Source of the DNA: Chrysomallon squamiferum
Taxonomy: Eukaryota > Animalia > Mollusca
Assembly (NCBI GenBank): GCA_012295275.1
Contig: CM022665.1
Span: 17,856,001-17,920,000 of the forward strand
Direction of reading: 5' to 3'
Length of the DNA stretch: 64,000 bases
Of this stretch, positions 40,414 through 53,893 are shown in pieces. Within the stretch, counting starts at the first letter, position 1; every line of letters starts with the position of its first letter. The position numbers were made by a program, and so were the translations under genes. A model generated the notes under the pieces. It did not search any database. It saw only the letters and a program-made list of their open reading frames with translations, and had not been told where the DNA came from.

Positions 40414-42177
40414 TGTTGTGTTTAAAGTTAATATATGCACTCTGTAACCTTCTTCTTCTTGTTCTTGTTTTTCTTTTTTTTACACAAACCCAAACTAGAT
40501 TAGTACATGAATAATTTAAAAAAAAGGTTAAGTGGTAAAAGAATTACAGAGAAAATAACATTTTTTTTTTTTTTAGACTCCTTACTCTAATGAACATCTT
40601 CTTAGCAAGAAAAAAAATAAAACTAGTAACTGTACAAAGAAAAAAATTCATCAGCTTCTTTTAAGAGTCTTAAAAGACATATGTAATTGCTTTCTTCATT
40701 TACGAGATCAATTTTAGATATATTGGGTATGCTGAAAGGAAACCGGAAACATCGATAACCGACAAAAAGAGACAGCAATTGAAGCCACAGTGAAGATACA
40801 TCAACTCAGAATATCTGGCTTGGTATTGAAATTGCCCAAATTATTCTGAAGGGGCTAGAGAAGAGAAAAATGAAGATTTCTTCTCCATTTTTCTTTTTTG
40901 TAAAAAGCTCAACAAGTCAATCTGACTGACACAATGTAAGGTTTTGGGAAAGAACTAGGATTTCTTGGACAGGCAGCTGTGCTTTCTTGACCCAGTTCTG
41001 TAAAAATATCATCAATACCAATTGAAGGTAATCACCAAATCCCAATTCATGATGGTCATCAGTCATGCATGCAGATGATTTTCAATAAAACCTACATCAA
41101 CTGATTTTTCTCAAGATCAAAGTTGTTAGTTTTATTCACACACTTGAATTCACAAGCCTGAATTTTCAAAACTATGTAAATTTAATTACAATATATATAA
41201 TATCTTTATTTTTTAATTTTTTTAATTTTTAAAATTGTGTTTACTTTTTGCTATCTTAAAACTGGTTATAAATAAATTAATTAAATTTTACCAATACATA
41301 TTACACATTAAAGATAAAGATCATATATGATGAATAATTAATAATAAAAAAAACCAAGAAAACTGCAGCTGACAGAAATGAGTTGACTGGTGTACAAATG
41401 TTTTACAGTATTGTTCTTGTTTTATTATAACAACACTATTATTATTATTATTATTACTATTATTATTGTTGTTGTTTCTATTACTACTATTACTATTATT
41501 TATTAGCATCATCACTATTATTATGATTATTATTATTACTCTTTTTATTATTATTTTTATTATTATTCATTTGTGTGTTGTTGTTTTTTAATTTATAAAC
41601 AAATATTTATTTATCACAGTTTGGCTTGTCATGTACATATACACATATTAACACACAGCACATACCTTGAAAATAAATATAATAATAAAAAACAACACAA
41701 ACATCCAATTTTTTTTCATCATTGGTATTATCAGTTAACTAAAACAACATCTTCATTTATTAAACAACACAAATATCTACAAAACAAAGAACTCAGAATT
41801 ACTCTTCCTAAAAACAATAGAGGTCAGAAGAATAAGAATATTAGTAAAAAAAAGAATAATCCTTTGCTGAAAAGTACAGAAAAACAAGTAATGTTATAAA
41901 TTATAAATCTTAACTAATTTTTTAGCTACATTTGCTCTCTCTAAAATTAAATTGTAAAATAATTACTCTTTGCTAAGGAAATGCACTGAGGCAAATGTTT
42001 TCAATCAAAACTGATATAATGTGTATTCAGAGTTCCAGGCAAATCTTTTGATGTTTGGCCTCCAATTAATGCAAATTCACACTCTGGTAATATTTTGTCA
42101 CAGATGATGTGGTATTCAGTTTAATCTAGTGGGTTGTGCAGAAGAAAGAAAGAATGACAGAAAAAAGGATTATTTAA

Positions 42178-42467
42178 CCCTTTGAATCTTGAACTCCCAC
42201 ACAAACATGTACCCCAAGACCCTGAACTCCACAGACAAAATGGCTGAAATCTGTAATATGCATTTTTGATCCCTATGAACTGATTGGTTGAGTATCTAAT
42301 GAACACAGACAGTATTAATAAAAACAACACGAGAACAGTATTAAAATGGTAACAATAAAGGCACCACATGTAAAAACATCACATGATGACAAAAATATTA
42401 ACCAGTTGAGCATAAATGTTTTTTATTTTCTGTTTTATTTAAATTTTAACTGCTCATAGTCAAAGGA
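42178..42467. mobile_element. Second candidate piggyBac-type MITE (~290 bp)
   Basis: TTAA|CCCTTTGA at 42174-42185 pairs with TCAAAGGA|TTAA at 42460-42471 (one mismatch). Confidence 0.5.
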
Positions 42468-42789
42468 TTAATATGTAACTAAAAATATTTTAATTTATAG
42501 TTATATGACATTATATAAGAATCATACAGATAATGACTGTAAACACAATTAACTAATCTCTGTCTGTTAGTAGAAAGAGATAATTTTTGTGCTCCTTCTC
42601 ATAAACAGCAAAGCAGTCTTGATAAACCACTGTCTGGAAATATGTCAATAAGCAAACTGATTAAAAATCTTTTCTGAGTTTTTATATTTTTTCATTTTTT
42701 ACTTATTTTATTTTATTTTTTTCATTTTTATTGTTGTTGTTGATTTGTTATAATATTCTGCAATATATTAGATAATATAATTCCAACAG

Positions 42790-42835
<46 letters not shown>

Positions 42836-43419
42836 TTTTTCTTCTTCATAAAAAAGTCTGTAAAAGATTAATTGTTTTTGGTGTATTTGTTAATGTATAT
42901 ATATACACACAAACACACACATAACCATATACACATAGACACATATATGTATGTATGTATATGTCTGTATGTGTATATATTTATGTTTTTGTGTGTGTAT
43001 GTATGTATGGGTGGATATGTACATATATTTCTTCATACAATTCTGTGTAAAAGGTTCATTGTTGCAGTATTTGTCAGTATATTAAAAATATTTAACACAC
43101 ACACGCTTTTGTACATATATACAATACATGCACACACACACACGCATACATTTCCTTCATAAAAATCTGAATAAAAGATTCATTATTAATTGCTGTATTT
43201 ATTAATTTACTTAAGTGATTACAGAAATGGAGATCAATATTTCAGTAATTATCTTAAACATGTACCATCCTCTAATAAGTAAATATATTTTTGTATTCTG
43301 TTTTACTGAAATTTGTCAACAATTTCTATCAGTGATAGCTGAAGATAAAAATGACAAAACTACTTACTAAGACCTGATCAGTCCTTTAATATTTATCATT
43401 TACATAGAATCACTGATAA

Positions 43420-45495
43420 TCATTTATAAACAGAAAGAAATTAAAGGTAAAATATCACTGAATCTAGAAATTCAACTGAATAAAGAATATTTAAATCACT
43501 TCTGTATATTTTAATATTAACAGTTTTTAATTCTCTATAAAGAAAAGAAACACAAACCTGTGTGAATGAGAGAAAAAAACACTTAAGTATATATTTTAAT
43601 ATTAATAGTTATAAAGAGAAGAAAATGTAAAACTGCCTAGTTTGAAAGGTCATTTAAAAAACACTTAGAATACTTGTTTTAATTATTAGTTATTACATGT
43701 CAACATAAACTTTGTCATATTTTATAAAGAAAACAAATAAAAAGTAAAATATCACTGAATCCAGAAATTTAAGTGATTGAAAGAACATTTAAATAATGTT
43801 TGTATATATTTTAATAGTTTTTGATACTTTGAGTGACTTAATTACCACATTTTTATATTTTAATATTAATAGTTATAAAGAAAGGAAAAAGGAAAAATAT
43901 ATAACTTAGTCTAGAAATTTGAATGAAAGAAAATTTTAAAAATATTTATATTAATTGATAGTTAATAGATGTCAACATATATATTTTTTTAAAAAGAGAA
44001 AATATGAAAAGTAAAAAAAAAAATAACTGAATCTAGAAATTCAAAAGAATGTAACAATATTTAAACTCTTCTCTATATTTTAGATCCCAAATTGACTTTT
44101 TAATAATTTATAAAGAGAAGAAAAGAAAGTAAAATATAACTGAATTTACAAATTTGAATGAATGAATGAATATTTAAAAAAGATTTGTATAATTTTAATA
44201 TTAATAATTATAAGATACCAACATAACTTTTATTTGAATATATTAATAGAGAAGACAAGAATAAAATGTGACTAAAAAAATCTTTAACTATGTAATTTAG
44301 TATTAAGAGGGAGAAGAAAAATATAAACTTTAACTGAGTCTAGATGGTCAACTGAATGAAAGACTATTAAAAAAAACTTCTGTATATATATATTAATATT
44401 AATAGTTATTATAAAGAGTAGAAAAAAATAAAAAAATATGACTGAATCTAGAAATTTGTTATTTATATTTAAATCACTGAGAATAATTTATAAAGGAAAA
44501 AATGTTAAATATGACTTAATTTAGAAATTAAAGTAAATGAAAGAACATTTAAAAAATACTTCTGTGTGTTTTATTAACTTTTTAATAATTTATAAAGAGA
44601 ATAAAAAAGTGAAATATAATTGAATCTTGAAATTCAGTTAAATGAAAGAATATTTTAAAAACATTTTTATATATATTAATATTAATAGTAATTAAATGCC
44701 ACATAGTATTTTAATGAAGGGAAAAAGTAAAAAAATATGACTGCATCTGGAAATTTTATATTTATAATTATCTTTGAATCACTGGGAATAATTTATAAAG
44801 AGAAGAAAAAAGTTAAATGTGACTGCATCTAGAAATTTAACTAAATGAAAGAACATTAAAAAAAGGCATCTGTGAATTTTAATATTAATATTTATTAGTT
44901 GCCAGTATGACTTCATAATAATTTATTAAGAGAAGAAAAAGTTAAATATGACTGAATCTATAAATTCAGCTGAATGAAAGATTATTTAAAAACAAAAAAC
45001 AAAAAATCCCAAAGATTTCTAAATACTTTAATTTTAATAGTTATTTGATGCTAACATAACTTTATTAATCCATTAAGAAAAAAAAATGATAACCGAGTCT
45101 AGACATTCAACAGAATGAAAGGATTTTAAAAAGACTTTAGTATTAATAATTATTAGATACTAACATGACTTTTGGATAATTTATAAAGAGAAGTAAAAAA
45201 AGTAAATAATAATATACTAAATCTAGAGATTCAACAGAATCAGAGAATATTTTTAAAAACAACAACATATCTATACATTTTAATATTAATTTATAAGGAG
45301 AAGAAAAGAAAGTAAAACATAACTGAATTTACAAATTTGAATGAATGAAAAAATATTTTTAAACCACTTCTGTACATTTTAATATTTAATAATTATAAAA
45401 TATTAATACAACTTTTTAATTATTTATAAAAAACAAAACAAAAAAAACCCCACATCTATATATTTTAATATTAATAGTCAATACATGACTTTTTG
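43420..45495. repeat. Large degenerate AT-rich tandem array, ~100-140 bp unit (ATAAAGAGAAG..ACTGAATCTAGAAATT..TTTTAATATTAATAG)
   Basis: The GAATCTAGA-like core recurs about 15 times in a fixed motif order. Confidence 0.8.
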
Positions 45496-46072
45496 ATAAT
45501 GATGATGTAAAAAAGCAAACTTGCAGTGATTAAACAATGGATTTTTCTTACAAACTAACATCAAGGATTCTTTTATCAGCACATAAACTAGTCTTTGAAA
45601 AAAAGCAGCCTTGCTGTAGTAGCTAAAACAATATTTTAAAAATATATCCTAAACTGCTTGGAAATGAAAAATCTTATCACTCCCTTGATACTTATACTGT
45701 GAAAACCAACAAGAATTTTAAGAACAGAAAGACAGGATATCTGATTTTAGCTCTGAATGCTGGGAAATTGCAGGATGCTAAGCCATGTGACTGTCGAATG
45801 TTCGTTAAAAGGGAATCGAAGACTCCAGGCCATTCATCAATGATTTACTTAGCTGCAGTAGTTATATCCTATTTCAAGTAATTTTATTTTCATGTCCAGC
45901 AAATGATAACATCAAACTGGCTCTGTGTAATTTGGATGTTATATCAAATTATCTAGAGTGGCCAAAGAAAGCTCCATACCAATCAGTTACAATTTGTTTA
46001 ATAGCAGTATTTATGATAAAGATGATGAAGATGATGATATAAAGATAATAGAATGAATAATAACACAAACAA

Positions 46073-46392
46073 TAATAAAACCAAACACACTCTAAAGTAC
46101 TGGTAATATAAGGAACAGTTGCAGTAGTAGTAGCAGTAATAAAACCAAACACATCTCTAACAGTACTGGTAATACTAGGAACAGTTGCAGTAGTAGTAGC
46201 AGTAATAAAACCAAACACATCTCTAACAGTACTGGTAATACTAGGAACAGTTGCAGTAGTAGTAGCAGTAATAAAACCAAACACATCTCTAACAGTACTG
46301 GTAATACTAGGAACAGTTGCAGTAGTAGTAGCAGTAATAAAACCAAACACATCTCTAACAGTACTGGTAATACTAGGAACAGTTGCAGTAGT
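46073..46392. repeat. 66-bp minisatellite, ~5 copies
   Basis: Perfect tandem copies; explains ORFs 45949-46476 and 46092-46352. Confidence 0.95.
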
Positions 46393-48982
46393 AAGTCTGT
46401 TGTTGTAGTAGTAGTAATAATAAAAAAACTGAAACCATTTCTTATAATAATAATAATAGTAACAGTACCAAGACACCTAGTAGTAGTTATAGTAGTTGTG
46501 GTGGTGGTAGTGGTAGTAGCAGCATAGTCATAGTAATAATAATAGTAGTAGTTGTTGTAATAATAATAAGTTCAAAACTATCTCTAATAATAATACTAAT
46601 ACAAATAGTAATAATACCAGCAGGCCTACTAATAGTAGTAGTAGTAGTACCAATGAAAATAATAATAAAACTAAACCTATCTCCAATAATAATAATATTA
46701 GTAATTGTAATAGTAGTAATATTGGTAACAGTAATAATAAAAATATAATGATAAACAACGACTGTAACAGCAGTAGTTATAGTAATTGTTGTAGTAGTTG
46801 TAATGTTGGTAGTAGTAGCAGCAGAGCAGGCAGTAGTGGCAATAATAATAAAATCAAAATGTTCTCTAATAAAAAATATACAAGTAATAAAAAGTTAGAT
46901 ATTTTCTTTACAGAAGCTACAAAAACAAATTAAGGAATAAACAGCTGAATATAAGTTGAATCATTAATATTGTATGTGTTTAAACAATAAAAACAGGAGA
47001 AGAAAATAATTTACATGAAAATTCTAAAACAGCTTTATCTTAAAAAAAAACCTAAAAAAAAAACATTACTAGAATAAGAATATTAATTAATGAGATTTTA
47101 CAAATCCTCTAAAAAAAAGACAATATGTTTATCTTTAAATACTGATGTGTTTAAATAACAAAAAGAGCAAACATAAATAATATTTTAGGAAATTATAAAG
47201 GACATTTCAAGTTAGTTATAATGACTACAAATGTTTTTGTTTTTCTAGTTAGACAAGATTAGAGGAATGAATGACCTACCTATACTGGAAATGTTTAAAT
47301 ATCAGGACTGAAACAAATCACAAATATTCAGACTTAGTAAAACAAGTCTGCTAAAACTGGCACCAGACATCAGCAATGACTTATATAACAACTGTTGTTT
47401 TTGAGAACACACACACAGTTTAAGTGGAAGATGTTAGCTCACAGAGATTGTCACAACTTAGCTCTGAACTAAACAACATCACAGGAATTATCTTTGCCAA
47501 TTATCTGTTTGTGGTGGAAGACAAAGTATTTACAAGCAGCTGGATGCATAAAAATACATCCACAGATCTCTAAGTAGCTTACTGTAAGTGGAAATTTCAC
47601 TGTGTTTGATCTGTCAACACTGCAAGGCCCCTCTGTGAGTCTGTCTGTCAAGTTTACACTGCAGTGTCTACATATGCTGCCTGCTTGATGTTACAAATCA
47701 ACTTCATGAATACAGCAGAGCTGCATTAAGCAGAATCCATGCATAAACATCAAGATGATTTACTTAATTCTGAAGATGTCCAATGTTGCTAGAAGATTCT
47801 TTGTAAAATTATGGACTTGATTATAGTACAAGAGACATAGGATTATGAAAACAACTAATATTGAAATTAACTAATATTTTGTTTTTCTACTGATTTTCTG
47901 TTGTATGTGTAAAGATACAGTTAGAGTAAACTAGAAATAAATATATATTTTTTTAAATATACAATACTAATATATATAGTAATACAATACTGAAATGAAT
48001 ATAATAACATGATACTAAAATACATATAATAATAAGATAATAAAACAAATATAGCAATGAACTATATATAATAATACTATACTAAAATATATATAATAAT
48101 ATGATACAAAAACTAATCCTAGACATTAGAAGGATGCTATATGGCAAATAAATGTTTATGATTTTTTAAATTTGTTTTTTAAATCCTTTCTACACATTTT
48201 TCTGACAACAACAACAACAAAATAATAACAATAACAATAAATTAACAACAACAACAACAACAACAACAAAAAGTAACAGCAATAACAGCAATAATAAATA
48301 AATAAATAAATAAGAAAATATTATATAAGCAATCCAACATTAAAAAAAAATCTATACATTAATTTACATGTTCATCCTTCAAATACTTCAGGTATACTCC
48401 TGATAAACCATTTACACTTCTAATGATAAACACCAGAGGATCAGAAAAAACCCAAGATATATACTACATGCCAATCTTTTAAAAAATCATACATCCAATA
48501 AGCATAGTGACAAACCAAATATAAAGAAAAAATTATATAATCCTGAAAAACTGAACTATATAGCTAAGCAATGATTTTAAAAAATAATTTAAAAAAACAA
48601 CAAAGACATTTTTTTTTTTTTTATAAGTATAAAATTAAAATGGAAAATCTGTCATTATGTCCACCAGTCAGTGAGTGCAGTCTAGACAGATGCACTAACA
48701 AGTTTGTCATAAAACCAGTTTAATACACACCATATAACACGCTGCATAATTACGCTTTGCTATTTTTACTGAATTATTAGTCTGACTACATCTCAGTATT
48801 AACAATTTATACCGTTCAAATATAATTCTGAGTTTCTTCATTTTTCTTTTGTTGGTGCTGCTGTTAAGATGGAATTCTTGCTCTTATCAAAAACTACTTA
48901 TATCTTAGTTTTTGCTAGAGATTGTTTATGTTAATTATGCTGTCTGTTTCAAAAGACATACTTTAGAAATATGCTAAACTGG

Positions 48983-49265
48983 CTCACTTTTACTTCTCAC
49001 TTTAACGTCTCACTTTTCCATCTCACTTTTCAAACTCACATTAACATCTCACTTTTACTTCTCAATTTAACATCTCACTTTTACTTCTCACTTTTACATC
49101 TGTCATCAACATCTCACTTTTACATATCACTTTAACATCTCACTTCATCTTACTTTTACATCTCACTTTAACAACTCACTTTTACTTCTCACTTTTACAT
49201 CTCGCTTTTACTTCTCACTTTAACATGTCACTTTTCAGTCTTGCTTTTACAACCACACATTAACA
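48983..49265. repeat. 12-13 bp repeat (CTCACTTTTACAT/T)
   Basis: About 20 units. Confidence 0.9.
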
Positions 49266-50177
49266 TTACCCCAGACTACGACTCTAAAACCATTCTTTCT
49301 ACTTACCAGCCATTTTACACAGACCAAACAGAGATAAAGATTTAGTATGCAGCATACTAATACATAATCACAAAAATGACACAATGAAATGATAAACTGA
49401 TTTCTTATTTCTCACAAAATAACTCATAAAAACCTGCTAAGGCAAAAGTACATTTCATTTTCAGCAAATTGCTTTTGACTACAAACAATTTTCTGGATGA
49501 AAAGAGCTGTGGTAATTTGGCCTCATGTATTTAAATATTTAGCTTTTTGACAGGCTTAGACTGCGGGTGATAACTTCACAGCATGATTCAAACTGAAGAG
49601 TGAATATTACCTAAATACACTTCCAGGGATTCTTTTGTTTATCACTGCACATCAATGTTTTCTAATAATAAAGTATGATGTAATAATAAAATTTAAGAGA
49701 ATAATACCTAAATACATTTCAAAGCAATTCTTTTGTACTGCACACAAATGTTTCATAATAAGAAAGTATGATGTAATATTAAAATTGAAGCATGGATATT
49801 ACCTAAATACTCTTCCAAGTGATTCTTTTGTTTATTACTGAGTACCAATGTTTTCTAATAATAAAGCATAACTGTTATGAAACAAGTCAGTTGTGTTTGT
49901 TACTGGACACCAGAGTTTTCTAATAATAAAGTATAACTATGATGTAACAAGTCAATTTGTTTGTGTCTGGACACCAATACTTTCTAATAATAAAGTATGA
50001 TGTTATAAGTCCATGAAGAAACATACAGATTGTTACTGCGTTTTTTTACTGTGGACAAAAGATATTGACACCAGTGTGTTGTATTTCTTAATTAACATTT
50101 AACATGTGGTCATCTCTGCAATGACTGAGGTTTCAAACAGAACACCTTAAACAAAGATCCTTTGTCAAGCTTATTTA

Positions 50178-50330
50178 GCCCAGAGTCAGCCTGGGATCAA
50201 ATCTAGTCAGTGGCAGATTGGGATATTTTCCCATTCCAATCAAAGCACAGTGGTAGTATATTAAATATCATGGTATGTACATCCTGTCTGCTAGAAAGCA
50301 TATATTCAAACATATTTCTGCTATGTGTTG
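50178..50330 (+). mobile_element. Degenerate tRNA-derived SINE body fragment
   Basis: GGATCAAATC..GTCAGTGG..ATTGGGATATTTTCCCATTCCA..CATGGTATGTACATCCTGTCTG follows the motif order of a gastropod SINE recalled from memory. A weaker reverse-oriented piece lies at ~30325-30390. Confidence 0.5.
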
Positions 50331-50745
50331 AAAAAACGTTTATGAGAAGGCATATTTTTAAAGATATTTTTGCTGAATGTTGAAAAATATATTCATATAA
50401 AGAATGATAGAATTATTGTATATTTCACATCTGAAAGATAGTTTATTACTATTAATTTGATATTATTGTGTAATTAAATAAAATGGGTTATCAAGAACAA
50501 CTTGAAACAAATGTCAGACAATTTTCTGTAATAAATTACTTTATTCTCTTGATTAAAAATGAATATGTTTTTTTTTATTTATATACATATATTTGTTTAT
50601 TTATTTGTTGATTTGTTTATATATTTATTTATTTATTTAAAATGATGATATATGAGAAAGAAAACCATTTATCCCACAATTTTCTGTATTAATCATTTCA
50701 TAATTAGCTGCAATTTAAAAAAAATTATATAAATATATGTGTGTG

Positions 50746-50762
<17 letters not shown>

Positions 50763-50808
<46 letters not shown>
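50763..50808. repeat. (AG)n microsatellite preceded by (AT)n
   Basis: Direct reading of the sequence. Confidence 0.95.
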
Positions 50809-50812
<4 letters not shown>

Positions 50813-51254
50813 TTATCTTCACGAAGAAGGTGAAAACTGGATTCACCCCAAGATAACAATCTAGACCAAAACTCCATTGTTCAAATATTGATTAACTAAC
50901 ATGACTTCAACCTTATTTAAGTACTCTGAAAAAAGGACATTTGCACTTCAGTGTAAAAACATCGTCAAAAGTGACATGAAAAAAATGAAACTGTTTTAAC
51001 ACTAACGCAGCATTTGTTGGTGAAAAACCAGAAACAATTTGCAGTTAAAAAATAAGATAAAAAAATGACTCAGTAAATGAAGCTGAAATTTAGTGGCAAA
51101 AAGATAACTGCTCTCAAGATGTCTCTTAATCAAATCTGCTTTTTTCCTTACAAGACATAGTGACTGCATTTTTTACACAAAGTGAAACACAAGTCTATTC
51201 TGTAAGGGTCTGTATTAATACTGTCAGGAGGTGTTTCACTGTATTTCCAATGCA

Positions 51255-53712
51255 CGTTTCTTCTATTATTATTTGTGTCCATACTGTCAGAGGCTATGTC
51301 AGTCAATGTGTCTCTTCTATTATTACTTGTGTCTGTACTGTCAGAGGCTATGTCAGTCAATGTGTCTCTTCTATTATTACTTGTGTCTGTACTGTCAGAG
51401 GCTATGTCAGTCAGTGTGTCTCTTCTATTATTACTTGTGTCTGTACTGTCAGAGACTATGTCAGTCAATGTGTCTCTTCTATTATTACTTGTGTCCATAC
51501 TGTCAGAGGCTATGTCAGTCAATGTGTCTCTTCTATTATTACTTGTGTCTGTACTGTCAGAGGCTATGTCAGTCAATGTGTCTCTTCTATTATTACTTGT
51601 GTCCATACTGTCAGAGGCTATGTCAGTCAATGTGTCTCTTCTATTATTACTTGTGTCTGTACTGTCAGAGACTATGTCAGTCAATGTGTCTCTTCTATTA
51701 TTACTTGTGTCCATACTGTCAGAGGCTATGTCAGTCAATGTGTCTCTTCTATTATTACTTGTGTCTGTACTGTCAGAGGTTATGTCAGGGAGTGTCTCTT
51801 CTGTTATTACTTGTGTCTGTACTGTCAGGGACTATGTCAGTCAATGTGTTTCTTCTATTATTACTTGTGTCCATACTGTCAGAGGCTATGTCAGTCAATG
51901 TGTCTCTTCTATTATTACTTGTGTCTGTACTGTCAGAGACTATGTCAGTCAATGTGTCTCTTCTATTATTACTTGTGTCCATACTGTCAGAGGCTATGTC
52001 AGTCAATGTGTTTCTTCTATTATTACTTGTGTCTGTACTGTCAGAGACTATGTCAGTCAATATGTCTCTTCTATTATTACTTGTGTCTGTACTGTCAGAG
52101 ACTATGTCAGTCAATGTGTCTCTTCTATTATTACTTGTGTCCATACTGTCAGAGGCTATGTCAGTCAATGTGTCTCTTCTATTATTACTTGTGTCCATAC
52201 TGTCAGAGGCTATGTCAGTCGGTGTGTCTCTTCTATTATTACTTGTGTCTGTACTGTCAGAGACTATGTCAGTCAGTGTGTCTCTTCTATTATTACTTGT
52301 GTCCATACTGTCAGAGGCTATGTCAGTCAATGTGTCTCTTCTATTATTACTTGTGTCTGTACTGTCAGAGGCTATGTCAGTCAATGTGTCTCTTCTATTA
52401 TTACTTGTGTCTGTTGTGTCTGTATGTCTGTCAATGTGACTTGTGTCCATACTGTCAGGGTCAGTCAATGTGTCTCTTCTATTATTACTTGTGTCTGTAC
52501 TGTCAGAGGTTATGTCAGAGAGTGTCTCTTCTATTATTACTCTTGTGTCTGTACTGTCAGACTATGTGTTTCTTTTATTATTACTTGTCTGTACTGTCAG
52601 GGACTATGTCAGTCAATGTGTTTCTTCTATTATTACTTGTGTCTGTACTGTCAGAGACTATGTCAGTCAGTGTGTCTCTTCTATTATTACTTGTGTCCAT
52701 ACTGTCAGAGACTATGTCAGTCAGTGTGTCTCTTCTATTATTACTTGTGTCCATACTGTCAGAGGCTATGTCAGTCAATGTGTCTCTTCTATTATTACTT
52801 GTGTCTGTACTGTCAGAGACTATGCCAGTCAATGTGTCTCTTCTATTATTACTTGTGTCTGTACTGTCAGAGACTATGTCAGTCAGTGTGTCTCTTCTAT
52901 TATTACTCTTGTGTCTGTACTGTCAGACTATGTGTTTCTTTTATTATTACTTGTCTGTACTGTCAGGGACTATGTCAGTCAATGTGTCTCTTCTATTATT
53001 ACTTGTGTCTGTACTGTCAGAGACTATGTCAGTCAATGTGTCTCTTCTATTATTACTTGTGTCTGTACTGTCAGAGACTATGTCAGTCAATGTGTCTCTT
53101 CTATTATTACTTGTGTCCATACTGTCAGAGGCTATGTCAGTCAATGTGTCTCTTCTATTATTACTTGTGTCTGTACTGTCAGAGGTTATGTCAGGGAGTG
53201 TCTCTTCTATTATTACTCTTGTGTCTGTACTGTCAGACTATGTGTTTCTTTTATTATTACTTGTCTGTACTGTCAGGGACTATGTCAGTCAATGTGTCTC
53301 TTCTATTATTACTTGTGTCTGTACTGTCAGAGACTATGTCAGTCAGTGTGTCTCTTGTATTATTACTTGTGTCTGTACTGTCAGAGGCTATGTCAATGAA
53401 TGTCTCTTCTATTATTACTCTTGTGTCTGTACTGTCAGACTATGTGTTTCTTTTATTATTACTAGTCTGTACTGTCAGAGACTATGTCAGTCAGTGTGTC
53501 TCTTCTATTATTACTTGTGTCTGTACTGTCAGAGACTATGTCAGTCAGTGTGTCTCTTCTATTATTACTTGTGTCTGTACTGTCAGAGGCTATGTCAATG
53601 AATGTCTCTTCTATTATTACTCTTGTGTTTTGTACTGTCAGTCAATGTTTTTCTTTTACTACTATTTGTCTGTACTGTAAGAGGCTATGTCAGTGAATGT
53701 GTCTCTTCTATT
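51255..53712. repeat. 54-bp minisatellite array (TGTCTCTTCTATTATTACTTGTGTCTGTACTGTCAGAGGCTATGTCAGTCAATG), ~45 copies
   Basis: The period of 54 is read directly (AGTCAA at 51301 and 51355). It generates overlapping 18-aa-periodic ORFs. Confidence 0.97.
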
Positions 53713-53831
53713 AGTACATATTGTATCTATCAAATGAAGCATGATTTTTATATATCTTAATTCTGTTTCTCTCTTTTTTATACATACAAACATACACACA
53801 TACATATATACACATACATGCCCACACATTC

Positions 53832-53834
<3 letters not shown>

Positions 53835-53890
<56 letters not shown>
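53835..53890. repeat. (GT)n microsatellite
   Basis: Direct reading; similar CA/GT tracts at ~22142, 26243, 42791 and 59285. Confidence 0.95.

Positions 53891-53893
<3 letters not shown>

Noticed and set aside
45949-46476. Mucin-like Thr-rich 175-aa ORF
   Set aside because: It is the product of a 66-bp minisatellite flanked by trinucleotide repeats.
51148-53696. ORFs of up to 813 aa (Cys-rich, Leu/Ser-rich, Asp/Thr-rich) as real genes
   Set aside because: They are translations of a 54-bp tandem repeat, overlap in several frames and swap frames at indels. I saw no splice or promoter support.
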